Shown here one piece after another: positions 48,264-58,459 of a stretch of 64,000 bases of DNA. The notes beneath the pieces were generated by a model. The model searched no databases. It worked only from the letters and a program-made list of their open reading frames with translations, and was not told the DNA's origin. The stretch comes from an uncultured Staphylococcaceae bacterium (lineage in GTDB: Bacteria > Bacillota_I > Bacilli_A > ML615J-28 > CAG-313): positions 1,569-65,568 of the forward strand of contig CAYPEY010000004.1 of NCBI GenBank assembly GCA_964409955.1, in the 5' to 3' direction. Position numbers and translations under genes: made by a program. Position 1 is the first letter of the stretch. Every line of letters begins with the position of its first letter.

Positions 48264-48397
48264 GTATCTTATAGGCAATTTGAAGGAAAGTTTTCCTATA
48301 AAATACTCTTACATTATACCACTCATATGTGATATTATTGTGATATATTTTTAAGTTTTTGATTAAAATAATCTGATTATAAAATAATCAAATGTTT

Positions 48398-49909
48398 TTA
48401 ATCTAATTGCTTTTTGATAGGCATCTTAAACCAGAAAGTACTTCCTTTTCCTACCTCTGATTCTACACCATATTCAAAATTATGGTATTCTAAAATACCT
48501 TTTACAATTGATAGACCAAGGCCTGAACCTTGAACTGAACGTTTATGTCCTTTATCTACTCGATAATATCTATCCCAGATAATAGCAAGATCTTCTTCCT
48601 TAATTCCAATACCATAATCTATTACAGAGATTTTAACTTGGTCTTTTTCAACTGTTTGAACTACCTCAATAATTTTATTGTTATTACTATAATTAATTGC
48701 ATTATTGATAAAATTATAAATAACTTGATCGATCTTTATTTCATCAGCTATAACGTTAACTGATGTATCATAGATTAGTTTAAACTCAATCTCATTTTCA
48801 TTAAACTTATTAAATCTGTCAACTATCTCAATTAAATTATCAGTAATACAATAAAATTGCGGATGAAGTTCAATAGTTTTAGATGAAAGACGCGATAAGT
48901 CTAACATATCATTAACCAGTACATTAAGTCTATTTGCTTCATCTACAATAATTTGCAGATTTTCCGGATTATTTTCACCTGGTAAATCTTTCATCATTTC
49001 TGCATAACCAGTAATCATCGTAAGCGGAGTTCTTAAATCATGTGAAACATTAGCCATAAGTTCTCTTCTTAATGTTTCTGTTTTAGCTAGTTCTGTTGTT
49101 GTATTATTAAGGGTATCGCTTAATACATCAATTTCTTTAAAGCCTCCACCTTCAAATACAACTTCATAATTACCTGTCGCAAGCTCTTTTGCGGCAACAC
49201 TCATTTTTTGAAGAGGTTTAGAAATTACTCTAGATATGACAACAGCAATAAACAGAGTTAATATAATTACTATTGTAGCAATATACGCAAGTTGTAATTT
49301 TAATGTTGCAACCGCTGAATCTACAGGAGTTATTTTATTATCTAGTATTAATAAATACTGGCTTCCATCCTTTAATTTTACAAATGAACAACACATTATC
49401 GAATCATCTAAACTAGACAAATCTCTTGTTAATTGTCTTTTAGATGTATTAATATCTAGTACCTGAATTTTATGCATTGGATCGGGGTTAACCGATAAAA
49501 TCGCATAAAATCTTTTTAAATGAGCATCAGATCCCTTTGTCCATATTGATTTTATTGTTGATGGTTCTAATTTATCAAAAGAGCCTCCCTTATTTGTTAT
49601 ATAAACAAGTTTATCAGGTTCAAGCACTGGATTTGCATATAAATAAACAGCCATTTCTTCTTTAGAATATAGTTCTTCTAACATATTTACTAGTTCACTG
49701 TCTTCAGAAGAAAAAACACTTAACTCCTGATTATTGACATAATCAGAAATTTCTGTAATCATTTCATTTGTTCTATTAATTTTATTATAACTATAAAAAG
49801 TTTCCAAGAGTCCTATTTGGAATACAATAAAAATGCCTGTAATTATACCAGCAAACATTAAAATAACAATAAACAATTGCCATTTTAAACTAATTTTACT
49901 GTGTATCAA
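48398..49909 (-). CDS. Sensor histidine kinase (two TM, HAMP, HisKA, HATPase_c)
   Basis: The H-box is LMANVSHDLRTPLT, the N-box is NFINNAINYS and the G-boxes are DYGIGI and GSGLGLSIV. The TTG start overlaps the regulator gene. Confidence 0.85.
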   Translation of the reverse strand: MIHSKISLKWQLFIVILMFAGIITGIFIVFQIGLLETFYSYNKINRTNEMITEISDYVNNQELSVFSSEDSELVNMLEELYSKEEMAVYLYANPVLEPDKLVYITNKGGSFDKLEPSTIKSIWTKGSDAHLKRFYAILSVNPDPMHKIQVLDINTSKRQLTRDLSSLDDSIMCCSFVKLKDGSQYLLILDNKITPVDSAVATLKLQLAYIATIVIILTLFIAVVISRVISKPLQKMSVAAKELATGNYEVVFEGGGFKEIDVLSDTLNNTTTELAKTETLRRELMANVSHDLRTPLTMITGYAEMMKDLPGENNPENLQIIVDEANRLNVLVNDMLDLSRLSSKTIELHPQFYCITDNLIEIVDRFNKFNENEIEFKLIYDTSVNVIADEIKIDQVIYNFINNAINYSNNNKIIEVVQTVEKDQVKISVIDYGIGIKEEDLAIIWDRYYRVDKGHKRSVQGSGLGLSIVKGILEYHNFEYGVESEVGKGSTFWFKMPIKKQLD

Positions 49910-50579
49910 AACGATAACCTACCCTTCTTAAAGTAATAATATTATCAGCATAAACTCCTAGTTTTCTTCTTAAAGATTTCATATGAGTATCTAGAGTTCT
50001 ATCATCTCCATAGTACCCATACCCCCATACTTTTTCAAGCAATCTTTCTCTTTTCACCGCAATATTAGCATTCTTTGTTAAGAATACTAATAGTTCAAAT
50101 TCTTTTGGAGTAAGTTCAACTTTTTCATCATCAATATAAACAATATGAGCAGTAAAATCAATTTTTAAAGTTTTATATTCCCAAACTTCACTAATTGCTT
50201 CTTCTTTTTTAATTCTAACCTTTGATCGATTAATTATCGCATTTACTCTCATCATTAATTCTTTTGGAGAAAAAGGTTTAGTTACATAATCATCAATTCC
50301 AAGATCGAATCCATATAGTTTATCATATTCTTCACTTCTTGCCGATAACATAATAATCGGAATATCTGATACTTTTCTAATTTCTTTTACAGCAGAAAAA
50401 CCATCAAGTTCTGGCATCATGATATCCATAATAATTAAATCATATGAAAACTTTGTTGCTTTTTCAATTGCTTCAAGACCATTTTCTGCTGTATCTGTTT
50501 CAAAGTTTTCGAAATTTGCATATTTTTTTACTAGTTCTCTAATATAAATTTCATCATCTACTATTAAAATTTTAGCCAT
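49896..50579 (-). CDS. OmpR-family response regulator
   Basis: The receiver domain reads KILIVDDE...DLIIMDIMMPELDG. The winged-helix output domain reads LTPKEFELL...RTLDTHMKSLRRKL...TLRRVGYRF. Confidence 0.9.
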   Translation of the reverse strand: MAKILIVDDEIYIRELVKKYANFENFETDTAENGLEAIEKATKFSYDLIIMDIMMPELDGFSAVKEIRKVSDIPIIMLSARSEEYDKLYGFDLGIDDYVTKPFSPKELMMRVNAIINRSKVRIKKEEAISEVWEYKTLKIDFTAHIVYIDDEKVELTPKEFELLVFLTKNANIAVKRERLLEKVWGYGYYGDDRTLDTHMKSLRRKLGVYADNIITLRRVGYRFDTQ

Positions 50580-50697
50580 ATTTTCTCCTTATTTTATACT
50601 AAACTTATGTCTATTATACCACAGATTTCATTATAATAGGTGAAATTTAACTGAAAAATAATCTTTTTTTATTTAATTTAGTATTAAGGCACATTTT

Positions 50698-50726
50698 TTG
50701 ACTAAACAAAAAATTTAATGTATAAT
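50698..50726 (+). promoter_or_regulatory. Sigma-A type promoter of the MATE transporter gene
   Basis: The plus strand reads TTGACT, a 17-nt spacer, then TATAAT. The TGGAGG SD lies 12 nt downstream. Confidence 0.7.
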
Positions 50727-50746
50727 ACTTAAGGTTTGGAGGTTTT

Positions 50747-52135
50747 ATGGAAAATAATCAAAATATAACAAAAGATAACAAAATGAGGTATACTCCAGTA
50801 GGAAAGTTATTATTCTCAATGGCTATTCCTGCAATATTCTCAATGTTAATACAAGCACTTTATAATGTAGTTGACAGTTTATTTGTTGCTAGAATTTCTT
50901 CATCAAACGATGAATTAACTGCTCTTAACTATGCATTCCCTTTGCAAATGATCTGCCTTGCAATAGCACTAGGTATTGGAATTGGTACAAGCTCTGTAAT
51001 TTCAAGAAAACTAGGCGCAAAAATGCAAAATGATGCAAATAATGCAGCAACAACAGGAATATTCCTATCTCTTTGTGCATTTGCTATAACTTTAGTTTGT
51101 AGTTTCTTCTTGCCAAGACTTTTCTTAAATATTTATAATGACTCTGCTCATATAAAAGATCTTGCAGTAAGTTATTTATCTATAACAATGGCATTCAGTA
51201 TTGGAATGTACTTAGAAGTTACTATTACAAAAATTCTTCAAGGTACAGGCAATATGATTATTCCAATGTTATCTCAATTACTTGGTGCTATTACAAATAT
51301 CATCTTAGACCCTATTTTCATCTTTAATCCAGGTGAGGGAATTGGCCTTCCATTTGGACTAGGATTAGGTGTTGAAGGTGCCGCTATAGCAACTGTAATT
51401 GGTCAATGTGCTTCAGGCTTATTCTGTGTAGCAATCATCTTATTTCAAAAGCATCACATATCATTTAGTTTCAAAAACTTTAAATTAAGAAAAGAAATCA
51501 TTAAAAGCATCTTTAGTGTAGGTCTTGCTACAACAATAATGAATTCTATTAATGCTTTAACTACTATAATTCTTAACTTAATCTTATCTTCAAGTGGAGT
51601 TACAATTCTTGGAACATACTTCAAAGTTCAATCATTTATCTTTATGCCTGTATTTGGTCTAACTCAAGGTGCTCTTCCAATTATGGGATTCAACTATGGC
51701 GCAAATGAAAAAGAAAGATTTATAAAAACATTTAAACTTTCTATTTACACTTCGCTTACAATAATGACTCTAGGATTACTTCTTTTCCAATTTGGTTCAG
51801 GAGTTTTAACAAAAATGTTTAATTTAGGAGACATTAGCAACCTTGCAATTAGTGCATTTAGAATTATTAGTTTATGCTTCATTCCTGCAGCTATCTCAAT
51901 CATAATTTCATCAATGTTCCAGTCTATTGGACATGGTTATAAATCTATGTTAATGAGTATATTAAGACAAGCAATTATTTTAATCCCTTGTGCTTTAATA
52001 TTAAAACTAATAACTCAATCTGATAACGCAGTTTGGTGGGCATATCCGATATCAGAAGTATTATGTTTTAGTGTTTTTGCAATAGTAGCATTTAAAACAA
52101 TGAAAAATTTATTCAACAAGCAAACTACTTTATAA
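50747..52135 (+). CDS. MATE family efflux transporter
   Basis: It has twelve TM helices and the N-terminal pattern LLFSMAIPAIFSMLIQALYNVVDSLFVAR typical of MATE/NorM proteins. Confidence 0.9.
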   Translation: MENNQNITKDNKMRYTPVGKLLFSMAIPAIFSMLIQALYNVVDSLFVARISSSNDELTALNYAFPLQMICLAIALGIGIGTSSVISRKLGAKMQNDANNAATTGIFLSLCAFAITLVCSFFLPRLFLNIYNDSAHIKDLAVSYLSITMAFSIGMYLEVTITKILQGTGNMIIPMLSQLLGAITNIILDPIFIFNPGEGIGLPFGLGLGVEGAAIATVIGQCASGLFCVAIILFQKHHISFSFKNFKLRKEIIKSIFSVGLATTIMNSINALTTIILNLILSSSGVTILGTYFKVQSFIFMPVFGLTQGALPIMGFNYGANEKERFIKTFKLSIYTSLTIMTLGLLLFQFGSGVLTKMFNLGDISNLAISAFRIISLCFIPAAISIIISSMFQSIGHGYKSMLMSILRQAIILIPCALILKLITQSDNAVWWAYPISEVLCFSVFAIVAFKTMKNLFNKQTTL

Positions 52136-52223
52136 GTCAAAAAGGCAACTTTTTGACTTTTTATTTTATATTACTTCCCAAAATATCGTTTTTTTGATAT
52201 AATAAAAAGTGGAGGAAAAAATC

Positions 52224-53660
52224 ATGAAAAATAATAATATTGAAAATACACGTACCTTGAAACTTAACGTAAAAAATACCCTATATATTGGATGTGCATT
52301 CTTTGCTATCCTAATGTTATGGCAAATGTATAATAACTATTGCCCACTATTCTTAGATTATTTAATAAGAAAACATAGTGCTAATCACGAAAGCAATGAA
52401 TTCTTAATCGGTATCATAATGGCTGGAGATAATGGACTTGCAATCTTTATGTTACCTTTATTTGGTTCACTTTCAGATAAAACTAATACAAAATTTGGTA
52501 AGCGTATGCCTTATATTGTAGTTGGCATGTTACTATCTGCAATTTTATTTCCACTGATTGCGGTAATGTTCTACATTGAATCTTTAGTAGGAACTATCGT
52601 AATGATGGCAGTAATTTTAATTATTATGAATATGTATAGAAATCCTGCAGTTGCTTTAATGCCTGATGTTACACCAAAACCACTTAGATCAAAAGCTAAT
52701 GGTTTAATTAACTTTGTTGGTTACCTTGGTGCAATCATAGCTGGCGCTCTTGCATTATTTTTAAAAATCGCAAAAGACTCTAAAGTTGGAGCAAACTGGG
52801 AACCTACTAATAAAGCTAACGCAATTATTGCTTTCTGTATTGCTAGTTTCTTTATGCTTCTTGCAATGTTTATCTTAATTTTCAAAATAAAAGAAAATAA
52901 ACTTGTTGAAGAAAATAAAGAAGATATCGAATATGGTGAAAAAATTAGTGAAACTTTAAATGAAGTTGTTGATGATAAACCACTTAGCAAAGAAGATAAA
53001 AAGAATTTCTTTATACTACTTGCTGGAATCTTATTCTGGTTTATGTCATTTAATGCTATTGAAACATTTAACAGTTTGTTCTGTAAGAATATTCTACAAG
53101 ATGAAGGAATCGGATCAACTATTGTAATCGTTATGACAGTATCTTCTATCATTACATTCCTTGCAGCAGCAAATCTTCCTGCAAAAATCGGTAGAAAAAA
53201 TAGCGTATTAATCGGTATTGGCGCACTTGTTTTAAGTTTCCTTGGCATTCTTCTTTACTTCTACTTCTGTGGAGTATTTAAAGAAAGTTATGCAACAGAA
53301 ATCGCTCTTGCAATTAGAAAAACTCCAAACCCTATTCCTGTTTACTTACTAATTGCTGTAGCCGGTGCTGGTTGGGCATTAATTAATGCTAATTCTTATC
53401 CTATGATGGTTGAAATGTCAAGCCAAAAAACAATTGGTAAATTCACTGGTTACTACTATACAACATCAATGATTGCACAAACCGTTACTCCTATCTTAGT
53501 AGGTTTAATAATGTACTTCAGCGATGCTAGTCTAAAACTATTATATGTTTACTCTGGAATTCTAATGCTATGTGCATTTGTTGTAATGTTCTTCTTTAAA
53601 GAAAACAAAAACAATCGCAAATCTATTAAAAAAGGATTAGACGCATTAGACATCGATTAA
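52224..53660 (+). CDS. MFS transporter (GPH/SLC45-like)
   Basis: It has twelve TM helices with a central charged loop and a GKRMPYIV motif after TM2. The start is taken at the internal ATG (MKNNN), 7 nt after a GGAGGA, in the frame given by the ORF track. Confidence 0.8.
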   Translation: MKNNNIENTRTLKLNVKNTLYIGCAFFAILMLWQMYNNYCPLFLDYLIRKHSANHESNEFLIGIIMAGDNGLAIFMLPLFGSLSDKTNTKFGKRMPYIVVGMLLSAILFPLIAVMFYIESLVGTIVMMAVILIIMNMYRNPAVALMPDVTPKPLRSKANGLINFVGYLGAIIAGALALFLKIAKDSKVGANWEPTNKANAIIAFCIASFFMLLAMFILIFKIKENKLVEENKEDIEYGEKISETLNEVVDDKPLSKEDKKNFFILLAGILFWFMSFNAIETFNSLFCKNILQDEGIGSTIVIVMTVSSIITFLAAANLPAKIGRKNSVLIGIGALVLSFLGILLYFYFCGVFKESYATEIALAIRKTPNPIPVYLLIAVAGAGWALINANSYPMMVEMSSQKTIGKFTGYYYTTSMIAQTVTPILVGLIMYFSDASLKLLYVYSGILMLCAFVVMFFFKENKNNRKSIKKGLDALDID

Positions 53661-53695
53661 AAAACAAAAAAGAAATACATCAAGTATTTCTTTTT

Positions 53696-55876
53696 TTACA
53701 CAATTTTTAATAAAATTTTAACAATATCTTCTTTTGTTTCTGTAGTGAAAACTAGTAAATAATTTTTAATACCTATACTATTATAAGTTTGATAATCTTT
53801 AACGTTATTAGTAATCTTATAATCTAATATTCTAATTGAACAATTTTTTGAATTTGTGAATATTGGAAAATAATTATTATATTCATCTACAATCTTATAA
53901 TCATTCTTCAGACATTTTCCACACTTATTGTGATTAAAATTAAAATGTTTTGCTATCATACAATGTCTAGACACCATTAAATCATATCTACCATATAACA
54001 TGATACCAATATTATTTAATTCAATATCTTTTAAATCTTTTAATTCTAATTCATTTGATAAATAAACTTTATTAAAACCAAGTATCTTTAATAATTCTAT
54101 TGCATTATTATTTATAACATTAAAATAACTTGAAGCTATAGAATTTATCCCTCTTTGACCTAGCGAATGAACTATCGAGTTATTAAATTTATCTTTTGAA
54201 TATCTTGGCGCATTCATCATATCACTTTCGTAATCAGTATAGATATTTGTAAAGCCTAACTCTTTACATACTTCATATTGATTTTGATTATGAACAATGA
54301 TATCAAAAACAGTATCATTAGATGATTCATTTTTTACATCAGTATAAGAATAAGGTATATTTACTCTTCTAAATGATTCTAATCTTAACTGATTTAACTT
54401 ATCTACTCCAAGCCTTCTTATTTCATTTAACTGTTTAACACTAACAAATGCTTTATTATCTGTTTGAACAATTAAACTTTCTAATTTATATACTGTATCT
54501 TTTAATTTATTAATTTTATCTTGTAAGAAATCTCTATTTTGAGGATTATTTGCTAGTTCTGTTAATTTATCAGTTTTTATGGTTACTTCTATATTCCCAC
54601 ATTTTAATGTTAAGGTTAATGGTTCATTATACTTAACAATTAGTTTTCCGAAAATGGAAAACTTAATATGTTCTTCATTTAAATAAGCATCTACCTCATC
54701 TTGAACACTCTTTGATAAAGTTTTAACAACTTCACAATTTTTAACAGATTCTATTTTTATTGGAAGTTTTACAATTTCTCCTGTATAAGCTATTTTTCTA
54801 TCAATGCCATCAACAAACATTTTTTGTGCAGTTAATCCTATTTCTTTATTAGCAAGGATTCTTATACCATCATGTTGAAATAAAGGATAAGTTAATTTAA
54901 TTTCAATAGCGTTATTTGTTTGGTTAATAACTTTACCTATCTTTAATCCTTGATGATTTACATTATCAATATTTGTAATTTGAGAATTTGTTTCATTGAA
55001 TAAATAACCTTTTGTATAAGTTCTGTTAAACGATAATTTCATCTTTTCAGTTGTCGTATCATCAATTAAAATGCTCTTATTAGAACTTATACGATCGAGC
55101 TGTTCTTTATAAGCTTTAATAGTTATATAGACATACTCAGGACTTTTCATTCTTCCTTCTATTTTAAAAGAATCAATTCCAACTTCTATCAACTTATCAA
55201 TATATTCAAGCGTATTTAAATCTTTCATTGATAAATATGATTTACTATGTGAAATAAATAAGTTATTTTCAATAATTTTATATTTCTTACGACAAGGTTG
55301 AGCACATGTTCCACGATTTCCACTACGCTTTCCTATCGAATAACTCATTAAACAATTTCCACTAAAGGCATAACAAAGAGCACCATGAACAAATACTTCA
55401 AGTTCAATGCCTAGTTCTTTGAATTTTTTTATATCTTCAAGCGGTGTTTCTCTTGCAAGAACTATTCTTTTAATTCCTAAACTTTTATATACTTTTAAAG
55501 TTTCTATATCGTATACATTTGCTTGTGTGGATAGATGAAGTTCAAAGTCTGGATATGTTTTTCTAATAAAGTGAATTAATCCTAAATCTTGAACAATCAA
55601 GGCATCTACATTTAAGTTATATAGTTCATCAATATATTTTGAAACTTCTGTAAACTCATGTTCATAAATTATAGTATTAACAGTCACATAAACCCTTACG
55701 CCTCTTAAATGTGCAAATGTAACTGCTTCTTTTATTTCATCAAGAGAAAAGTTTGTGGCAAAAGCTCTTGCGCCAAAATTTTTACCTGATATGTAAACAG
55801 CATTAGCACCAGCCTCTACTGCTGTTATAAAAGTATTATAATCTCCAGCAGGAGCAAGAATTTCACCTTTCCTCAT
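53696..55876 (-). CDS. U32 family peptidase (long form with C-terminal extension)
   Basis: ILAPAGDYNTFITAVEAGANAVYISG and the Cys-rich segment GNCLMSYSIGKRSGNRGTCAQPCR are typical of the U32 family. The start is at the ATG at 55874-55876, after a GGAGGA. Confidence 0.85.
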   Translation of the reverse strand: MRKGEILAPAGDYNTFITAVEAGANAVYISGKNFGARAFATNFSLDEIKEAVTFAHLRGVRVYVTVNTIIYEHEFTEVSKYIDELYNLNVDALIVQDLGLIHFIRKTYPDFELHLSTQANVYDIETLKVYKSLGIKRIVLARETPLEDIKKFKELGIELEVFVHGALCYAFSGNCLMSYSIGKRSGNRGTCAQPCRKKYKIIENNLFISHSKSYLSMKDLNTLEYIDKLIEVGIDSFKIEGRMKSPEYVYITIKAYKEQLDRISSNKSILIDDTTTEKMKLSFNRTYTKGYLFNETNSQITNIDNVNHQGLKIGKVINQTNNAIEIKLTYPLFQHDGIRILANKEIGLTAQKMFVDGIDRKIAYTGEIVKLPIKIESVKNCEVVKTLSKSVQDEVDAYLNEEHIKFSIFGKLIVKYNEPLTLTLKCGNIEVTIKTDKLTELANNPQNRDFLQDKINKLKDTVYKLESLIVQTDNKAFVSVKQLNEIRRLGVDKLNQLRLESFRRVNIPYSYTDVKNESSNDTVFDIIVHNQNQYEVCKELGFTNIYTDYESDMMNAPRYSKDKFNNSIVHSLGQRGINSIASSYFNVINNNAIELLKILGFNKVYLSNELELKDLKDIELNNIGIMLYGRYDLMVSRHCMIAKHFNFNHNKCGKCLKNDYKIVDEYNNYFPIFTNSKNCSIRILDYKITNNVKDYQTYNSIGIKNYLLVFTTETKEDIVKILLKIV

Positions 55877-55926
55877 ATTTTCCTCCAAAATAATAATACC
55901 ATTAGAAGCCTAATGGTATTTATTTT

Positions 55927-56829
55927 TTATTCTATTACATTTTCTTCTTTCTTAACTTCTTCATCTTTCATGATGTATAAAATACCAATTGTTTTTCTTC
56001 CACAGTGAGTACCGATAACACATCCTGCAACTGTTTCATATAAAGTTTCAATTTCACCAGTAACTGGTTCAATCATAGACTTGATATTTTCAGCACCTTC
56101 ATAGTTAAAAGTATGAGTAATAAATACAAATTCTTTATCAATTTTTTCAAAATCATTTAAGAATAAATTTGTCATACCTTTTTCTGCTTTTTTAAGTGAT
56201 CCTACAAATTTAGCACCTACTTGAAGAGATCCTTCTCTTACAACAATCATAGGCTTAATTTTTAATACTTTAGATGCAACAAGTGTAACTGCACTACAAC
56301 GTCCGCCTTTATGTAAATAATCAAGCGTATTAATTACAAATTGTGATTTAACACGAGGAACAATTTTATCAACTTCTTCTTTAATTTGTTTTGCAGAAAG
56401 GCCTTTATCCCTAAATCCTGCTGCTTTTAGAATTAATAATCCAATACCTGTAGATAAGTTTTTACTATCAACTAAATAAACTCTTTTTTCTCCATATTCT
56501 TCTTCTAGTTCTTGTGATACAAGATAAGCTACTTGGAATGTAACTGAAAGTTTAGATGAAATACCACAATATACAATATCATATCCTTCATCTAAATATT
56601 TTTTGAAAAAATTTGTAATCTCTCCGTGAGAAGCAGCAGCAGTTTTCGGAAGTTTTCCGCTTTCTTCAACTTTTGCATATAATTGTTCAAGATTAATGTC
56701 AATACCATCATCATAAGATTCATTTTCAAATGTAACATGTAATGGGAAAGACTTAATATCATATTTATTTAATAATTCAACACCTAAATCAGATGTGCTA
56801 TCTGTTATAATAACTACTTTATTACTCAT
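55927..56829 (-). CDS. DegV family fatty-acid-binding protein
   Basis: VVIITDSTSDL at the N-terminus, TAAAS and a length of about 280-300 aa are typical of DegV. Confidence 0.9.
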   Translation of the reverse strand: MSNKVVIITDSTSDLGVELLNKYDIKSFPLHVTFENESYDDGIDINLEQLYAKVEESGKLPKTAAASHGEITNFFKKYLDEGYDIVYCGISSKLSVTFQVAYLVSQELEEEYGEKRVYLVDSKNLSTGIGLLILKAAGFRDKGLSAKQIKEEVDKIVPRVKSQFVINTLDYLHKGGRCSAVTLVASKVLKIKPMIVVREGSLQVGAKFVGSLKKAEKGMTNLFLNDFEKIDKEFVFITHTFNYEGAENIKSMIEPVTGEIETLYETVAGCVIGTHCGRKTIGILYIMKDEEVKKEENVIE

Positions 56830-56843
56830 ATATTTACCTCTTT

Positions 56844-58283
56844 CTATAATTTAATAGTCTTATCTTGTTCTACTCTTTGAATTAGAATATCTCTAAATAA
56901 TGTTCCATCATTTACAATATTATCTCCACTTAAAAATGGATTTTCTGGTTTATCGAAAATATAATCAATTGCGGCAACTGAATATACCTTATTATCATCT
57001 AACAATTCACCATTAATATAAATTTGGCCTGTAGCATTATTTACAAATACATTAGTACTTAAAATAAAATCACTTCTATTCACTAATATTCTAATGGCAG
57101 AGCCTTTCAAATCAACTGTTTTTAGGAAATTATCAAACGGCATAATTTCATGAATTCTTGAAACTGTAATAGATTCACCAACATTGATAGGGAAAGCTTG
57201 TGATCTAATACCGCCATAATTTATAACACCAATATCAGTTCCCGCATAATCATTTAAAGCGGTAGCAGCCCAATAAGCACCACTATTTCTATTAACTTTA
57301 ACTGTTGCAACACCTAATACTCTTGCAAATACCGGTGCAGTTTCTTCAATTAAATCATCAAGAATACTATCAACTTTTTTATGTGAATAATCACCAACAT
57401 TATATTTTACTTCAGCAGTTCCACCGGTTACAGTTTTCGTTTCTATATCTATATTTAAATTAACAACACCATATTTTTCCCCTGCACTACCTGCTTGAAC
57501 ATAAGGGACTTTGACACCATCAGGGCGTGTCAACGTTCCACTATATGTAGCATGAGTGTGTGAATTAACAATAGCATCAATTCTTTCATCACCAGTTAAT
57601 CTTGAAAGTTGTTTATTTAAATCATTTCCTTCATGACCCACTGTAATAACAATATCAACATCTTTTTCATTTCTTAATTCACTAGTTAATTCTTTGATAA
57701 TCGGCATAGGATCTACAAATTCATAATCTGCAATCATAGATTCTGCTATATCGCTTTCATTATTTTCGCCCATATAGCCAATAATCCCAATTCTTAATCC
57801 ACTTTCTTCAACTATATGATAAGCATCGGTACCCTCTGGTAACTTTCCTGTTGTTTTTTCAATAATGTTACAACCAAGAAAAGGGAAAACGGCTTCACCA
57901 TTTGATTTATCACCATCTTGATAATTTTCCATTTTATCATATCCCCAATCAAACTCATGATTACCAAGTGTCATTACATCAAAACCTATTTCATTCATTA
58001 TTTCAATTGTGGTTTTTCCATAATTATAGTTTGAAAGAGCTGTTCCTTGAAACATATCCCCTGCAGATATAACTATAGATGCTTCTGCATTATTTACTTC
58101 AGCTTCAATTGCTCCAGCAAGTCTAACTATACCATATTTACCACTCTCTTCTTCAAAAGCACCATGGAAATCATTAACAGTAATTAAAGTTAATGTGCTA
58201 GGTATCTTTTTAACACAACTAGAAATAGATAAAACAGATATTATTGTTACGAAAAATATAAATAATTTATTCAACTTATTCAT
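56844..58283 (-). CDS. Bifunctional metallophosphatase / 5'-nucleotidase (lipoprotein)
   Basis: The lipobox is LSISSCVK. The calcineurin-like motifs are TVNDFHG, GDMFQG, GNHEFD and GHEG, plus SHTH. A C-terminal 5'-nucleotidase domain is present. Confidence 0.85.
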   Translation of the reverse strand: MNKLNKLFIFFVTIISVLSISSCVKKIPSTLTLITVNDFHGAFEEESGKYGIVRLAGAIEAEVNNAEASIVISAGDMFQGTALSNYNYGKTTIEIMNEIGFDVMTLGNHEFDWGYDKMENYQDGDKSNGEAVFPFLGCNIIEKTTGKLPEGTDAYHIVEESGLRIGIIGYMGENNESDIAESMIADYEFVDPMPIIKELTSELRNEKDVDIVITVGHEGNDLNKQLSRLTGDERIDAIVNSHTHATYSGTLTRPDGVKVPYVQAGSAGEKYGVVNLNIDIETKTVTGGTAEVKYNVGDYSHKKVDSILDDLIEETAPVFARVLGVATVKVNRNSGAYWAATALNDYAGTDIGVINYGGIRSQAFPINVGESITVSRIHEIMPFDNFLKTVDLKGSAIRILVNRSDFILSTNVFVNNATGQIYINGELLDDNKVYSVAAIDYIFDKPENPFLSGDNIVNDGTLFRDILIQRVEQDKTIKL

Positions 58284-58306
58284 TTTTTACCTCTTATTCT
58301 CTTCTT

Positions 58307-58335
58307 ATTATACCAAATTTTTGAAGATTTTTCAA
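58307..58335 (-). promoter_or_regulatory. Sigma-A type promoter of the 5'-nucleotidase gene
   Basis: On the minus strand the sequence reads TTGAAA, a 17-nt spacer ending in TGg, then TATAAT. It lies about 20 nt upstream of the AGAGG SD. Confidence 0.6.
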
Positions 58336-58424
58336 CATTATAGATAATACTATTGACACATTATAGATAATACTATTGTTGACACATTATAGATAATACT
58401 ATTATTGACACATTATAGATAAAA
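58336..58424. repeat. Array of 3.5 tandem direct repeats (23-26 bp period) abutting the promoter
   Basis: The plus-strand unit CATTATAGATAATACTATT(n0-3)GACA starts at 58336, 58359, 58385 and 58411 (the last copy is truncated). Each unit contains the imperfect inverted repeat ATTAT-nn-ATAAT. Confidence 0.9.
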
Positions 58425-58450
58425 AAGCAAGTAGGATTAAAACTACTTGC
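58421..58450 (-). terminator. Intrinsic terminator after the glutamate symporter gene
   Basis: The stem gcaagtag/ctacttgc has an 8-nt loop, followed on the minus strand by TTTTTT. Confidence 0.7.
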
Positions 58451-58459
58451 CTTATTTTT

